A model generated the notes under the pieces. It was not told where the DNA came from. It worked only from the letters and a program-made list of their open reading frames with translations, and did no database searches. 64,000 bases of DNA from a virus. Shown piece by piece: positions 16,884-25,156 of this stretch. Each line of letters begins with the position of its first letter. Position 1 is the stretch's first letter. The DNA is taken from the IMG/VR virus record IMGVR_UViG_3300037465_000558; one strand, 5' to 3'. The position numbers and the translations under genes are program-made.

Positions 16884-17285
16884 TCACGGCGTCACCTTGA
16901 GGTAGTAGGTCGGGAAGTCGCGCGTCTTCTCGTAAGTGATCGCCCACCAGTTGGGCGTGGACGGATCGATGATGACGGCGACCCGCGAAACCTTCTCGCC
17001 GGGCCTGATGCGCCAGTGACCGCTCGTGCCTGGCGCAATCACCTGATTGCCGTGGTGGCTGTTGTAGTAGTAGCTCGGCAAACCCGCAGCGAGCCCGAGG
17101 TCAGTCCAAACACCAACCTCCATAGGCCACTGATGGCGATTCACGACCTCCACCAGAAGCGTCTTCTGCTTGCCGCTCGTCGTCGCGCCTCGATCGCCAC
17201 AGGCCACGAACGCGAAGCACACGAGCATGAAGAAGGCGACCCAGATGAGCACCCGAGCCGCGGTCTGGATGGCGCGCACGCTCAC
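16884..17285 (-). CDS. Putative lipoprotein
   Basis: GTG 17285 (GTGA overlap); basic N-terminus, hydrophobic stretch, lipobox-like FVAC then beta-rich domain. Confidence 0.6.
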   Translation of the reverse strand: MSVRAIQTAARVLIWVAFFMLVCFAFVACGDRGATTSGKQKTLLVEVVNRHQWPMEVGVWTDLGLAAGLPSYYYNSHHGNQVIAPGTSGHWRIRPGEKVSRVAVIIDPSTPNWWAITYEKTRDFPTYYLKVTP

Positions 17286-17608
17286 AGGTGCTTGCGCCTC
17301 GCCGCGAACTCCGCAAAGCGACGCGCTCGCTCCAACTCGGATGCACGCTCGCAGCTCCAGAACGGATGGGTGACGCTGCGCGAGAGGCACGCCGCCGCGA
17401 TGGACGCCGCCGTGCGAAGGCCGGCAACGTCGTCGTCGAGATCGGCCGCGCGCTCGGCGCTCGCTGGGAGGCGGTCGATCCCGTGCGCCCAGCGCCGGGC
17501 CCACGTCGCCCACGGCTCGGGCGGGTCGCGCCCGAGGAGGTCGACCACGACCTGGTCCACGAGGCGCCGGACGGCGAGCGCGTCCTCATCCCACGTGAGG
17601 CGGATCAC
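17282..17608 (-). CDS. Hypothetical protein (WxxWAxxW..G.DR helical family)
   Basis: GTG 17608 with GGAG RBS and GTGA overlap; 108 aa. Confidence 0.6.
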   Translation of the reverse strand: MIRLTWDEDALAVRRLVDQVVVDLLGRDPPEPWATWARRWAHGIDRLPASAERAADLDDDVAGLRTAASIAAACLSRSVTHPFWSCERASELERARRFAEFAARRKHL

Positions 17609-18207
17609 GCAATCCACTCCTCGTCCGTGACGCTGGAGAACCGTAGAGGCGTGCGAGGCGCGCGCCACTGAGGGAGACCTCGTGCTTTGGAGTACCTGTG
17701 GCACTTGCAGCCGGGGAGATGCTCGAACGGCCTTCGCGCCATCTTCGTAGGGCGCCCGCGGCTCGCCCGCCTCTTCCACGTCCGCTCGCGATGGCAGTTC
17801 GCGCAAACCACATCGCAGTGCTTGATCTCGTGCGCGATCCTACACAGATTCGTGTGTGTGGTCGTAAGCCTCGACACACTGTAGCGCTTGAACCTGACGT
17901 GGTCGAAGTCGAGGACGTAGTGAGGGAACCTCTGGCCGCAGTCCGCGCAGGACCTCGTTTCCTTGTAGGCGCGCACCCACGCCTTCACCTTTGCGAGCCC
18001 CTTCCGACGACATTCCCGAAGCGCCTCTTTGACCTCCGGGCGCTTGTGGTACTCGTGCCTGCGCTTAGCGGCGCACTCGCGGCACTCCCCCATCAAGTAC
18101 CAGCGACGAGCGCCCTTCGAGCCCCGCACCTTCTCGAAGAACTCGCTGCTCGCAGGCTTGACGGCGCCGCACTTCGTGCATGCCTTGGTCTTCACGCTCT
18201 GCCTCAC
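17605..18207 (-). CDS. HNH endonuclease
   Basis: CTKC..CREC N-terminal Zn motif; SCADCG..LDFDH..CDVVCANCHRERT. Confidence 0.85.
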   Translation of the reverse strand: MRQSVKTKACTKCGAVKPASSEFFEKVRGSKGARRWYLMGECRECAAKRRHEYHKRPEVKEALRECRRKGLAKVKAWVRAYKETRSCADCGQRFPHYVLDFDHVRFKRYSVSRLTTTHTNLCRIAHEIKHCDVVCANCHRERTWKRRASRGRPTKMARRPFEHLPGCKCHRYSKARGLPQWRAPRTPLRFSSVTDEEWIA

Positions 18208-18491
18208 CGGCTAGGGTTCTTGGCGCACTTGCAGTGCTCGACCGAGCAGCAGTCGCCACACTCGGCCGTCCACGGGCAGCCGCACGTCTTCACGTCGGCG
18301 ACCTCGGCGCGAATCGCGGGGAGCACCCGGTCCCACCGAACGCTCGACGAGTGCATCTCCGGCGAGCGCGTCACCGGCACGATCCACCCGCGGACCTCGC
18401 GCCTGGCCGCCTTCGCGTCGGGAGCCGGACCAAAGAACGCCAGGTAGACGAGTCCAAGAGCGGCGATGGCCGCGAGGATGGTCCCTCTCAC
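18204..18491 (-). CDS. Small membrane/secreted Cys-rich protein
   Basis: N-terminal TM ILAAIAALGLVYLAFFG; C-terminal CGC..ECGDCC..HCKC. Confidence 0.6.
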   Translation of the reverse strand: MRGTILAAIAALGLVYLAFFGPAPDAKAARREVRGWIVPVTRSPEMHSSSVRWDRVLPAIRAEVADVKTCGCPWTAECGDCCSVEHCKCAKNPSR

Positions 18492-18742
18492 GCCCTCTTC
18501 CTCCCTTCGCCCTCGAAGCGACGGCGCGCGGCGTCGCTCGCGAGGAGCTGCGCCGCGACTTGTGTCGCGAGCGGCCTCTGCTTGCCGGTCTTCGCCTGGA
18601 TGGCGAGGTCGAGCGAAGCGACTATGGCATCCGCGGCCGCACAGAATTCGGGCCGGAGCAGCAACTCTCGGATGAGGGGTGCGTCGGAGGGACTCCGCGG
18701 TTGTCGGGGGGAGGGGTTAGGGGGATCCTTCCGAACGTCCAC
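18488..18742 (-). CDS. Hypothetical protein
   Basis: 84 aa, GTGA overlap with the next gene. Confidence 0.5.
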   Translation of the reverse strand: MDVRKDPPNPSPRQPRSPSDAPLIRELLLRPEFCAAADAIVASLDLAIQAKTGKQRPLATQVAAQLLASDAARRRFEGEGRKRA

Positions 18743-19057
18743 CCATCCGGCTCCAACCCTCTCCCGTGCGACCGCGGACCGGAAGGGTGGCAGCGGCGAA
18801 CGTAAACGTCAAGGCGGCCAACGCGTTTGGATCCAAAAGAGAGGAGCCGCAGACCTCTCGCGGCCCCAAGGGATCCGCGGAGCGGAAGACCGACAACGTG
18901 GACTCCTACGTCTACCGCGTTCCCGACCGGCCGCAGGTCCGCCGACTCCTCGGCGATGGCCGTCGGCTTACCGTTGTTCTTGGGTGCGCGTTCTGTTGCG
19001 CTGCGGCTTGGTTCTGTCAAGACGGGCCGTGAGACAGACTCATGCTATCTCACGCGC

Positions 19058-19747
19058 TCAGGGGAAAGCAACCACCAAGTCAAGCGACTCGCCGACCCAG
19101 TCTTCGCGCGGCGGCTCCCACCCGAGAGGGAAGCTCGTCACCGCATCTTGGCCGAGCCACGTCGGCCCGCCGGGACCTGGTATGCCAGCCAGAGCATAGA
19201 CGTGAGAGAAATCCTCGCGGTTAGGATCGAGTCGCACCGCTCGAATCATGCAGCCATGACCAACGCCAAGGTTGAGCGCGCAAACAAGCGCCACCATGTC
19301 GTCGCAATCGCCCTGTGGATCAACGAAGAGCAAGTAGCCGGGCGACGAGATGCGATCGACCTCGTCCACACCGATGGGATCGTGCCGATAGTCGGTCATC
19401 TCGCGCACGTAGCCAAGGATCGCGGCGGCTTCTCCCTGGTAGTCGCGACCACGAACACCTCGGACGATCGACCGCGCCTCCTCCACGAAGAAGGGATCCG
19501 TCACCGCCTCGCGCGCGAGCGCCGCGATGATCTCCAGCTCGGCCTTGGTCCCCTTGACACCCGGCGGAATCGGCACGCGCCGCCATGTCGATCGGTCGGG
19601 CGCGGGCGCGCTCACGGGCGACGGGATCCCGTCGATCTTCACTCGCGGCGGCGTCCAGAGAAGCGAGCCAGGAGGCGCGCCGTCGGCGGGGGGAATGGGG
19701 GAAAAACCGAGCGGCGCGCCCCCATGGTTCCTGGACCGATAGGCCAT
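19058..19747 (-). CDS. Transglutaminase-like cysteine protease
   Basis: GDCDD (catalytic Cys), FSHVY (His), WLGQD (Asp) triad pattern; preceded by YRHDP; starts MAYR. Confidence 0.8.
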   Translation of the reverse strand: MAYRSRNHGGAPLGFSPIPPADGAPPGSLLWTPPRVKIDGIPSPVSAPAPDRSTWRRVPIPPGVKGTKAELEIIAALAREAVTDPFFVEEARSIVRGVRGRDYQGEAAAILGYVREMTDYRHDPIGVDEVDRISSPGYLLFVDPQGDCDDMVALVCALNLGVGHGCMIRAVRLDPNREDFSHVYALAGIPGPGGPTWLGQDAVTSFPLGWEPPREDWVGESLDLVVAFP

Positions 19748-20000
19748 GGCCCCGAGGCTACGCGCGCACGGTCGCGTTCGTCAAGCAGGCCGTACGAGCT
19801 GCGAGCCGACCCTCCGAAGAGGACCGGCTCGCGGTGGTCGACCTTGCTCGGGCCTCGCAACGCCCTTGCGGGCGCCGGCCGCGTTTCTGCCCCTTACGGA
19901 CGCGCGGTGCCCTGGCCGGATCGGGCTCCGGTTCCCAGTCTCTTGAGCCGCTTGCGCGAGGTTGGACCTTTCGCAGGCGGCCCCCGACGAGAGTGGCGGA

Positions 20001-20030
20001 ATCCTACCCGGCCGCGCCCTGCCGTGTCAA
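20001..20030 (-). promoter_or_regulatory. sigma70-like promoter upstream of the protease gene
   Basis: TTGACA-N18-TAGGAT on the minus strand. Confidence 0.55.
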
Positions 20031-20033
20031 CTG

Positions 20034-20480
20034 CTACCGGATGCCGACCCGGTAGCGCCGTGGCCCGTAGAGGAGGTCGTCCGGCACGTTCCACGCCTCG
20101 ACCAGCTCCAGGCGCTCGGCGTCCTCGAACGTGAGCCGGAACGCGGCGCCCTCGTCCACGTGCGAGGCAAAGAAGTCGAACGTCTGCGCGGCGGCACGAC
20201 GGTGGGCGATCCCCTTCGCCACGGCCGAGAGGATCTGCTCCAAGACCGCCACGGACCCGCCCGGGATGCCGCGCGGAGGGAACAGGTCGAGATCGAAGCC
20301 GTCGGCGCCTAACTCGGCGAGGACCGCCTCGGGATCCTGCTTGGGCCCGCGGCTGCGGATCTCGCCCGCCTTGTCCTCCAGGAACGCCGCCCGCGTCCTG
20401 TTGGCCTCGGCCTTGGCCACGAGGTGACGCTTCAGCTCGCCGCCGCCGATCGTGAACCGGAAACCTTCGATCGTACTCAA
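20034..20480 (-). CDS. Hypothetical protein
   Basis: 148 aa; TTG start with AAGGAGG RBS. Confidence 0.7.
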   Translation of the reverse strand: MSTIEGFRFTIGGGELKRHLVAKAEANRTRAAFLEDKAGEIRSRGPKQDPEAVLAELGADGFDLDLFPPRGIPGGSVAVLEQILSAVAKGIAHRRAAAQTFDFFASHVDEGAAFRLTFEDAERLELVEAWNVPDDLLYGPRRYRVGIR

Positions 20481-20494
20481 GGTTTCGATCCTCC

Positions 20495-21097
20495 TTAGAA
20501 CCGTTCGTCCAGCACAGACTCCGCGATCTCGCGAAGCTCTGCAAGAGGGATCACGCGCGAGTCAGCCCGATACGCACGCGCAACATCCCAAGCAAAGAAG
20601 AGAGAGCACATGGACTCGACGAGATCGACTCCCTTGGCGTCGAGATTCGTCAGTTGCCCGCGGAGCCAGCCCACGATCTCGTCACTCGCGCGCACCGCTT
20701 CTTCGTCGCCCGTGACCTCGGCCTCTACGCGCGCCTCTGCGAGCTGGGCTTCGACCTCGTCCATGGCCGAAGCGCCCTTCCGAGCCCAAGCGCGCATGCT
20801 CTCCATGTACTCGGCAAGCGACTCGGCTCGCTCGTTTTCGGAAAGCTTTCGCTTGACCTTCTTGGACGAGACGACGGCTCGGACCTCGTCCAGACCCTCG
20901 GAGCGCAGGATCTCGCAGAAGCGCTCGATCACGCCCACGGCACGCTCGCGCTCGGCAGACTCGGCCGGAGGAAGATCCTCGGGACGGAGCCACGAGAAGG
21001 GCTTGTAGCCCGCGGCGCAGACGGCGAGCATCCTGAGCCCGTGGTTACCGAGTTGTTTGGCATGCTCGACCATGAACGTGGCAGGATCCGGGATCAT
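20495..21097 (-). CDS. Hypothetical helical protein
   Basis: ATG 21097 with GGAGGAG RBS; 3' part of ORF 20495..21565. Confidence 0.7.
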   Translation of the reverse strand: MIPDPATFMVEHAKQLGNHGLRMLAVCAAGYKPFSWLRPEDLPPAESAERERAVGVIERFCEILRSEGLDEVRAVVSSKKVKRKLSENERAESLAEYMESMRAWARKGASAMDEVEAQLAEARVEAEVTGDEEAVRASDEIVGWLRGQLTNLDAKGVDLVESMCSLFFAWDVARAYRADSRVIPLAELREIAESVLDERF

Positions 21098-21756
21098 CGC
21101 TCCTCCGTGACGCCGCCCTGGTCCATCTCCTGTTGCGTGAGCTTCGACATGAGGTCGCGCGCGATCGTGCGCAGCGCATCGAGGTCCGAAGCCGGCTGGA
21201 TGAGGTGACGCTGCTCCCACTGTTTCACGTGCCCTCGCTTCCAGCCCTCGATCGCGTCCGCGACCTTCTGGAGGTCGCCCAGACGAGGATCCCACGCTGC
21301 GAGCTGGGCGCGATAGGATGCCACGGCCGACTTGGCAGGCTCTCGCCCGAAGCGGTGCCCGAAGCGCTCGGCGACGAGGCGCGCGATGCGCTCGTGCGGG
21401 AGAGGGCGAGCGCGCACGTGGTCGACGCCCACGGGCGCCTTCTTGCCCGACGCCTTCTCCGCGCAAGGGGCGCAGAGGATCATCTCGCCTTCGCGAAGCG
21501 GCGGGTCGGCGAAACGAATCTGCCCGCCGCAGTCGCCCGCGCACTTGGCGACGTGCGGGCGACACTTGGCGCAGAAACGCTCGCCGGTCTCAGTCTCCTG
21601 GGGCGTGGAGCCGCACACGGCGCACGTGACGGTGATGGGAGCGCACCTTCGGTCATACAAGCGCCACAGCCAGAGGCCCGGGCACCGCCGGATCGAACTC
21701 GAAAAACGCCAACTCCGGCACCAGCGAGGCGTGCTCGCAAACAAAGACGCGCTCAC
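21094..21756 (-). CDS. Zn-finger-containing hypothetical protein
   Basis: CAVC, CAKC, CAGDC, CAPC motifs; start uncertain. Confidence 0.6.
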   Translation of the reverse strand: MSASLFASTPRWCRSWRFSSSIRRCPGLWLWRLYDRRCAPITVTCAVCGSTPQETETGERFCAKCRPHVAKCAGDCGGQIRFADPPLREGEMILCAPCAEKASGKKAPVGVDHVRARPLPHERIARLVAERFGHRFGREPAKSAVASYRAQLAAWDPRLGDLQKVADAIEGWKRGHVKQWEQRHLIQPASDLDALRTIARDLMSKLTQQEMDQGGVTEER

Positions 21757-21775
21757 CAGGACCAGGTTGCATGTC

Positions 21776-23572
21776 CTACCCTCCGACCGCGGGTGGCGTC
21801 GGCGACGGCTGCGCCTGCGCCGTGACCTGCTTCCGCCCCGCCGCGCGCAGCTCGGCCTGCATCGCCGTGATCCAGGCTCGCCCCTGCTCCGAGAGCACCA
21901 GCTCCTTTGCGTCCGCGATCTGCGCCTTGCGCTCCTCGCTCGTGACCTTGGCGGCCATGCGGTCGAGCCACGAGGCGAAGAGATCGGGACCGCCGGCCAA
22001 GAGCGCGTCCTTCACCTTCTTATAGTCCACTCCCGCGGTCTCGCAGGCCACGGCGAGGGCGAAGGGGACGCGCTCGACGGGCGTCTGCTCATGGCACATC
22101 TTGAGGACAGTTCCGAGGACGGGGATGAGCTTCTGTTGCTCGTCGAGCGTCATGCCGCCCGGGGCGCCGTTGCCGTTTCCAGGGCCGGGACCGCCACGGT
22201 AGATGTTGATGACGTCGCCCACGCCCTGCGTGAACGTCGGGATGAGATCCTTCGCCATGCCCAGGGCGCGCTCCGCTTCCGTTCGCTCATCCCCGCCGCG
22301 GAGGTCGGCAAGACGGAGCGCGCGGTCCAACGCCTTGTCGAAGGCGGAACCCTCGTCGGTGCGCGCCATGAGGATCTTGACCATCTCCTTCGAGTGGTCG
22401 GCCTGCGCCTTCGCCATCTCCTTCGCCGCGTCCACGGACGAAGTGGCGTTGATCTTCATGGCCTCGGCCTGGAGCTTCGCCGCCTCCTTCGCCGCCTCGG
22501 CCTGCGCCTTCGCCGCCTCCTGAGCGAGCTTGGCCGCCTCCAGGCGAGCCTCGCGATCCCGCTCGCGCTCTTCGCGCTGCCGCTCGCGCTCGGCCTCCCG
22601 CTCCTCCCGCTGGCGCTCCCGCTCCTCTTCGCGCCGCTCGCGCTCGCGGTCACGCTCCTCGCGTCGCGCCTCCATCTCCCGCTCCCAGCGGATGCGCTCC
22701 TCCTCCGCCCGCGGGTTTTGGTCGATCTTCTCCACGAGCCTCTCGACGAGCTTCTCCAGCTTCGAGACGCGATCGTCGCCCGAGTGGTCGTAGGCGGCGG
22801 GATCGTAGCCGTGCATCGCCGCGGGCCCACCCAGGAGCGACGCCGGAGGCTTCGAGCCACGCGGCGGGCGCGACGGAACGCCGTTCACGTAGAAGAGGAG
22901 TCGGTTGTAGGGCCCGCCGCGGAACCAGCCGTTCAACTCCGACTGTTGAACCTGTGCTGGGTCGATGCCCTCTTGGGGGTTGTAGTCGGGACCGAAGGGG
23001 TCGTCTTGGCCCACATCCTGGCCGGCGAACGAACCGGCACCGTACGCTCCCGCTCCGACCCCAGCCGCGGCCTGTTGCTCAGCTTGTTGCTCCGAAGGGA
23101 GCGGCAGCGGCGGACCAGGGAGCACCTTGAAGACGGGCGCCTTCCCCTTGGTGGCGAACTTGTACTCGCCGCCGCCCGTCTGGGCGGTCACACGCTCGTA
23201 GATGCCACGCGTGCGAGGGAAACTCCCGACACGCCCGTAGGAGACTGGCTGGGGACCGTTGCCGTAGTTAAAGAGACGGCCGACCCAGCCCGGACCCTCG
23301 CCAGGTCCAACGCGGTCGACCTCGACCATCTGGAGCGCGGCCTCGGCGTCGGCATCGAGAGGCGAGTCGTCCTCGAAGGGAGATGCGTTGGCCTTCGCCT
23401 CGGTGGCGGCGCTCGCCTCGCCTGCGGCTGCCTCTCCTTCCGCGACGTCTTCCTCGTACTCCTTCACCTTCCGCTTCTTCGTCTTGGTTGCGCCATTCTT
23501 TGTCGCGCGCACCTCGGGCTCGGCGTCGAGAGGCGACGGCTCACGAGTCTCGGCGGCGGAATCCTTCGGCAT
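21776..23572 (-). CDS. Large acidic/Pro-rich protein with E/R-rich coiled coil
   Basis: 598 aa, AAGGAGAG RBS, long (E/R)-rich helical run. Confidence 0.8.
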   Translation of the reverse strand: MPKDSAAETREPSPLDAEPEVRATKNGATKTKKRKVKEYEEDVAEGEAAAGEASAATEAKANASPFEDDSPLDADAEAALQMVEVDRVGPGEGPGWVGRLFNYGNGPQPVSYGRVGSFPRTRGIYERVTAQTGGGEYKFATKGKAPVFKVLPGPPLPLPSEQQAEQQAAAGVGAGAYGAGSFAGQDVGQDDPFGPDYNPQEGIDPAQVQQSELNGWFRGGPYNRLLFYVNGVPSRPPRGSKPPASLLGGPAAMHGYDPAAYDHSGDDRVSKLEKLVERLVEKIDQNPRAEEERIRWEREMEARREERDRERERREEERERQREEREAERERQREERERDREARLEAAKLAQEAAKAQAEAAKEAAKLQAEAMKINATSSVDAAKEMAKAQADHSKEMVKILMARTDEGSAFDKALDRALRLADLRGGDERTEAERALGMAKDLIPTFTQGVGDVINIYRGGPGPGNGNGAPGGMTLDEQQKLIPVLGTVLKMCHEQTPVERVPFALAVACETAGVDYKKVKDALLAGGPDLFASWLDRMAAKVTSEERKAQIADAKELVLSEQGRAWITAMQAELRAAGRKQVTAQAQPSPTPPAVGG

Positions 23573-23584
23573 CGATCTCTCCTT

Positions 23585-23854
23585 CTAGCGGGCTCGACGA
23601 ACGAGAGAGGAGAGAACGAGGAGGCCCAGCTTGCGACACTGGTTCTCCGTCAATCCCATCTCCGGCGTCCAGTCCGGCGGAAGATAGCAACGGAAGCCGC
23701 ACTCGCATCGAAGATGAAAGCGCTTCGGGCCCTTCTTGATTGGCAGAGCGAGCGGCGTGCGGTGGTAGACCTGGTTCAACAAGCACGGCAGATACATCCC
23801 CGTGGCCGTGGAGTGCTGGTCTTCCTTCGCCATGAGCCCATGGCTTACCACCAA
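23585..23854 (-). CDS. Small Zn-ribbon protein
   Basis: PIKKGPKRFHLRCECGFRCY; start 23854 or 23833. Confidence 0.55.
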   Translation of the reverse strand: MVVSHGLMAKEDQHSTATGMYLPCLLNQVYHRTPLALPIKKGPKRFHLRCECGFRCYLPPDWTPEMGLTENQCRKLGLLVLSSLVRRAR

Positions 23855-24040
23855 GCCGGGCCGCAGGTCAAGACACGAGCCACTGGCTGTACCACAATCG
23901 TTCTATATAGACGAACCCCGGCGCTCATCGCCCCAGGGTGGCCGCGTTCTCCATGGCCTTCCGCTTCTCGCGCAGCTCGGCGAGCGCCGCATCCGAGCAC
24001 CGCAGGAGCGCGTCCATGAGGAAGGAGGCGCCCTCAAGCG

Positions 24041-24298
24041 TCAACTGAGTAACGAGCTTGTTGGGGTCGCCGTGCTCGGTGGCGCCCACCTCGACTTCCA
24101 TCCGAAGAGCAGCGGCTCTCTCTTGGATTCCGTGTATCGCTCCGGCTCGTCCTCGCCCGCGAGGATCCGTGCCACCCGCCGCGCCATGGACATCTGAGAC
24201 TGGATCTCCTGGCGCACGGAGATCGAGCGGTGCTCGTCACCCCACTCCGCGGCGAGGCGCGCTCGATGGCGACGGCGGCGTGCGGAGCGGCTGCTCAC
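24041..24298 (-). CDS. Hypothetical protein
   Basis: GTG 24298 overlaps upstream TGA. Confidence 0.5.
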   Translation of the reverse strand: MSSRSARRRRHRARLAAEWGDEHRSISVRQEIQSQMSMARRVARILAGEDEPERYTESKREPLLFGWKSRWAPPSTATPTSSLLS

Positions 24299-24771
24299 GG
24301 AGCCCACGAAGCCTCGCTCGTCCCGTGTGCCCCGCCGTGGTCCAGAGGCCGAATGCACCGCTCGCCGCTCTTCTTCGAGATGGAGCGGCACTGGGCGAGG
24401 TCTTCGTGAACGATCCTCCGCACGAACTCTTCCAGCGTCGCCTCGCCACGGAGACAGTCGATGACGTCGACCGCCTCGGACCCCAGGACGTCTATGAGCG
24501 CCGCGGAATTGGCGGCCCGTCGGCGAGAGTTCACCTTCGCCATGCAGCGCTCGTGGCGCGCCCGCTCACGCTTCGCGATGTCCTCGGGGTTGTGCGTCCG
24601 ACACCACTCCGAACCAAGCAGAGGCTTGTTCGCGCACTGGTAAGATACGGGGTCTCTACCGTCGCTGACCGCGGCCCGACAGCGACTCTCGTCGATCGGT
24701 CGCCGGAACTTGTCGTGTTGCTGGTAGCGGAAGGGCTCGGGAAGCGCCTTCGCCTCAGAACGGCGGCTCAT
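24295..24771 (-). CDS. Zn-binding hypothetical protein
   Basis: RC.A..QC..WCRTH and C..ERCIRPLDHGGAH motifs. Confidence 0.7.
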   Translation of the reverse strand: MSRRSEAKALPEPFRYQQHDKFRRPIDESRCRAAVSDGRDPVSYQCANKPLLGSEWCRTHNPEDIAKRERARHERCMAKVNSRRRAANSAALIDVLGSEAVDVIDCLRGEATLEEFVRRIVHEDLAQCRSISKKSGERCIRPLDHGGAHGTSEASWAP

Positions 24772-25156
24772 CCTTCTTCTCCCCCGCGAACGTCTTCGCG
24801 TTCTTCATGGCGCCGAGCTTGTCCTCGGCCTCGCGGATCTCCTGCGTGAGCGCCGCGAGCCGCTCCTCCGCTCGCTTCACCGCGGCGAAGGGCTCCAACC
24901 CGTCGTACGCCTGCTTGAGCGCCGCCTCGACTGCCACGGCCTGCTCGCACTTCATCTCGGTGTGGGCGCCCGTGAGACGGATCGTGCCCCACTCCTTCCA
25001 GTTCCGCATGTCGTAGAAGTCACCACGGCGATAGGCGTCGACTTGCACGCGCCAGACCTCCAAGAAGATGTCCTGCCCCGACACGAACGCCTCGATGCGG
25101 ATGCGGCCCACGCCATCTTCCACTTGCCCGTACTCGTGAGTCCCGATCGACCTCAT
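24755..25156 (-). CDS. Hypothetical protein
   Basis: 133 aa, ATGA overlap. Confidence 0.7.
   Translation of the reverse strand: MRSIGTHEYGQVEDGVGRIRIEAFVSGQDIFLEVWRVQVDAYRRGDFYDMRNWKEWGTIRLTGAHTEMKCEQAVAVEAALKQAYDGLEPFAAVKRAEERLAALTQEIREAEDKLGAMKNAKTFAGEKKDEPPF

Noticed and set aside
18622-19057. Possible gene or promoter (TTGACA at 19020-19015) between the protease and 18742
   Set aside because: No -10 box at the proper spacing, and the candidate ORFs lack an RBS or convincing composition.
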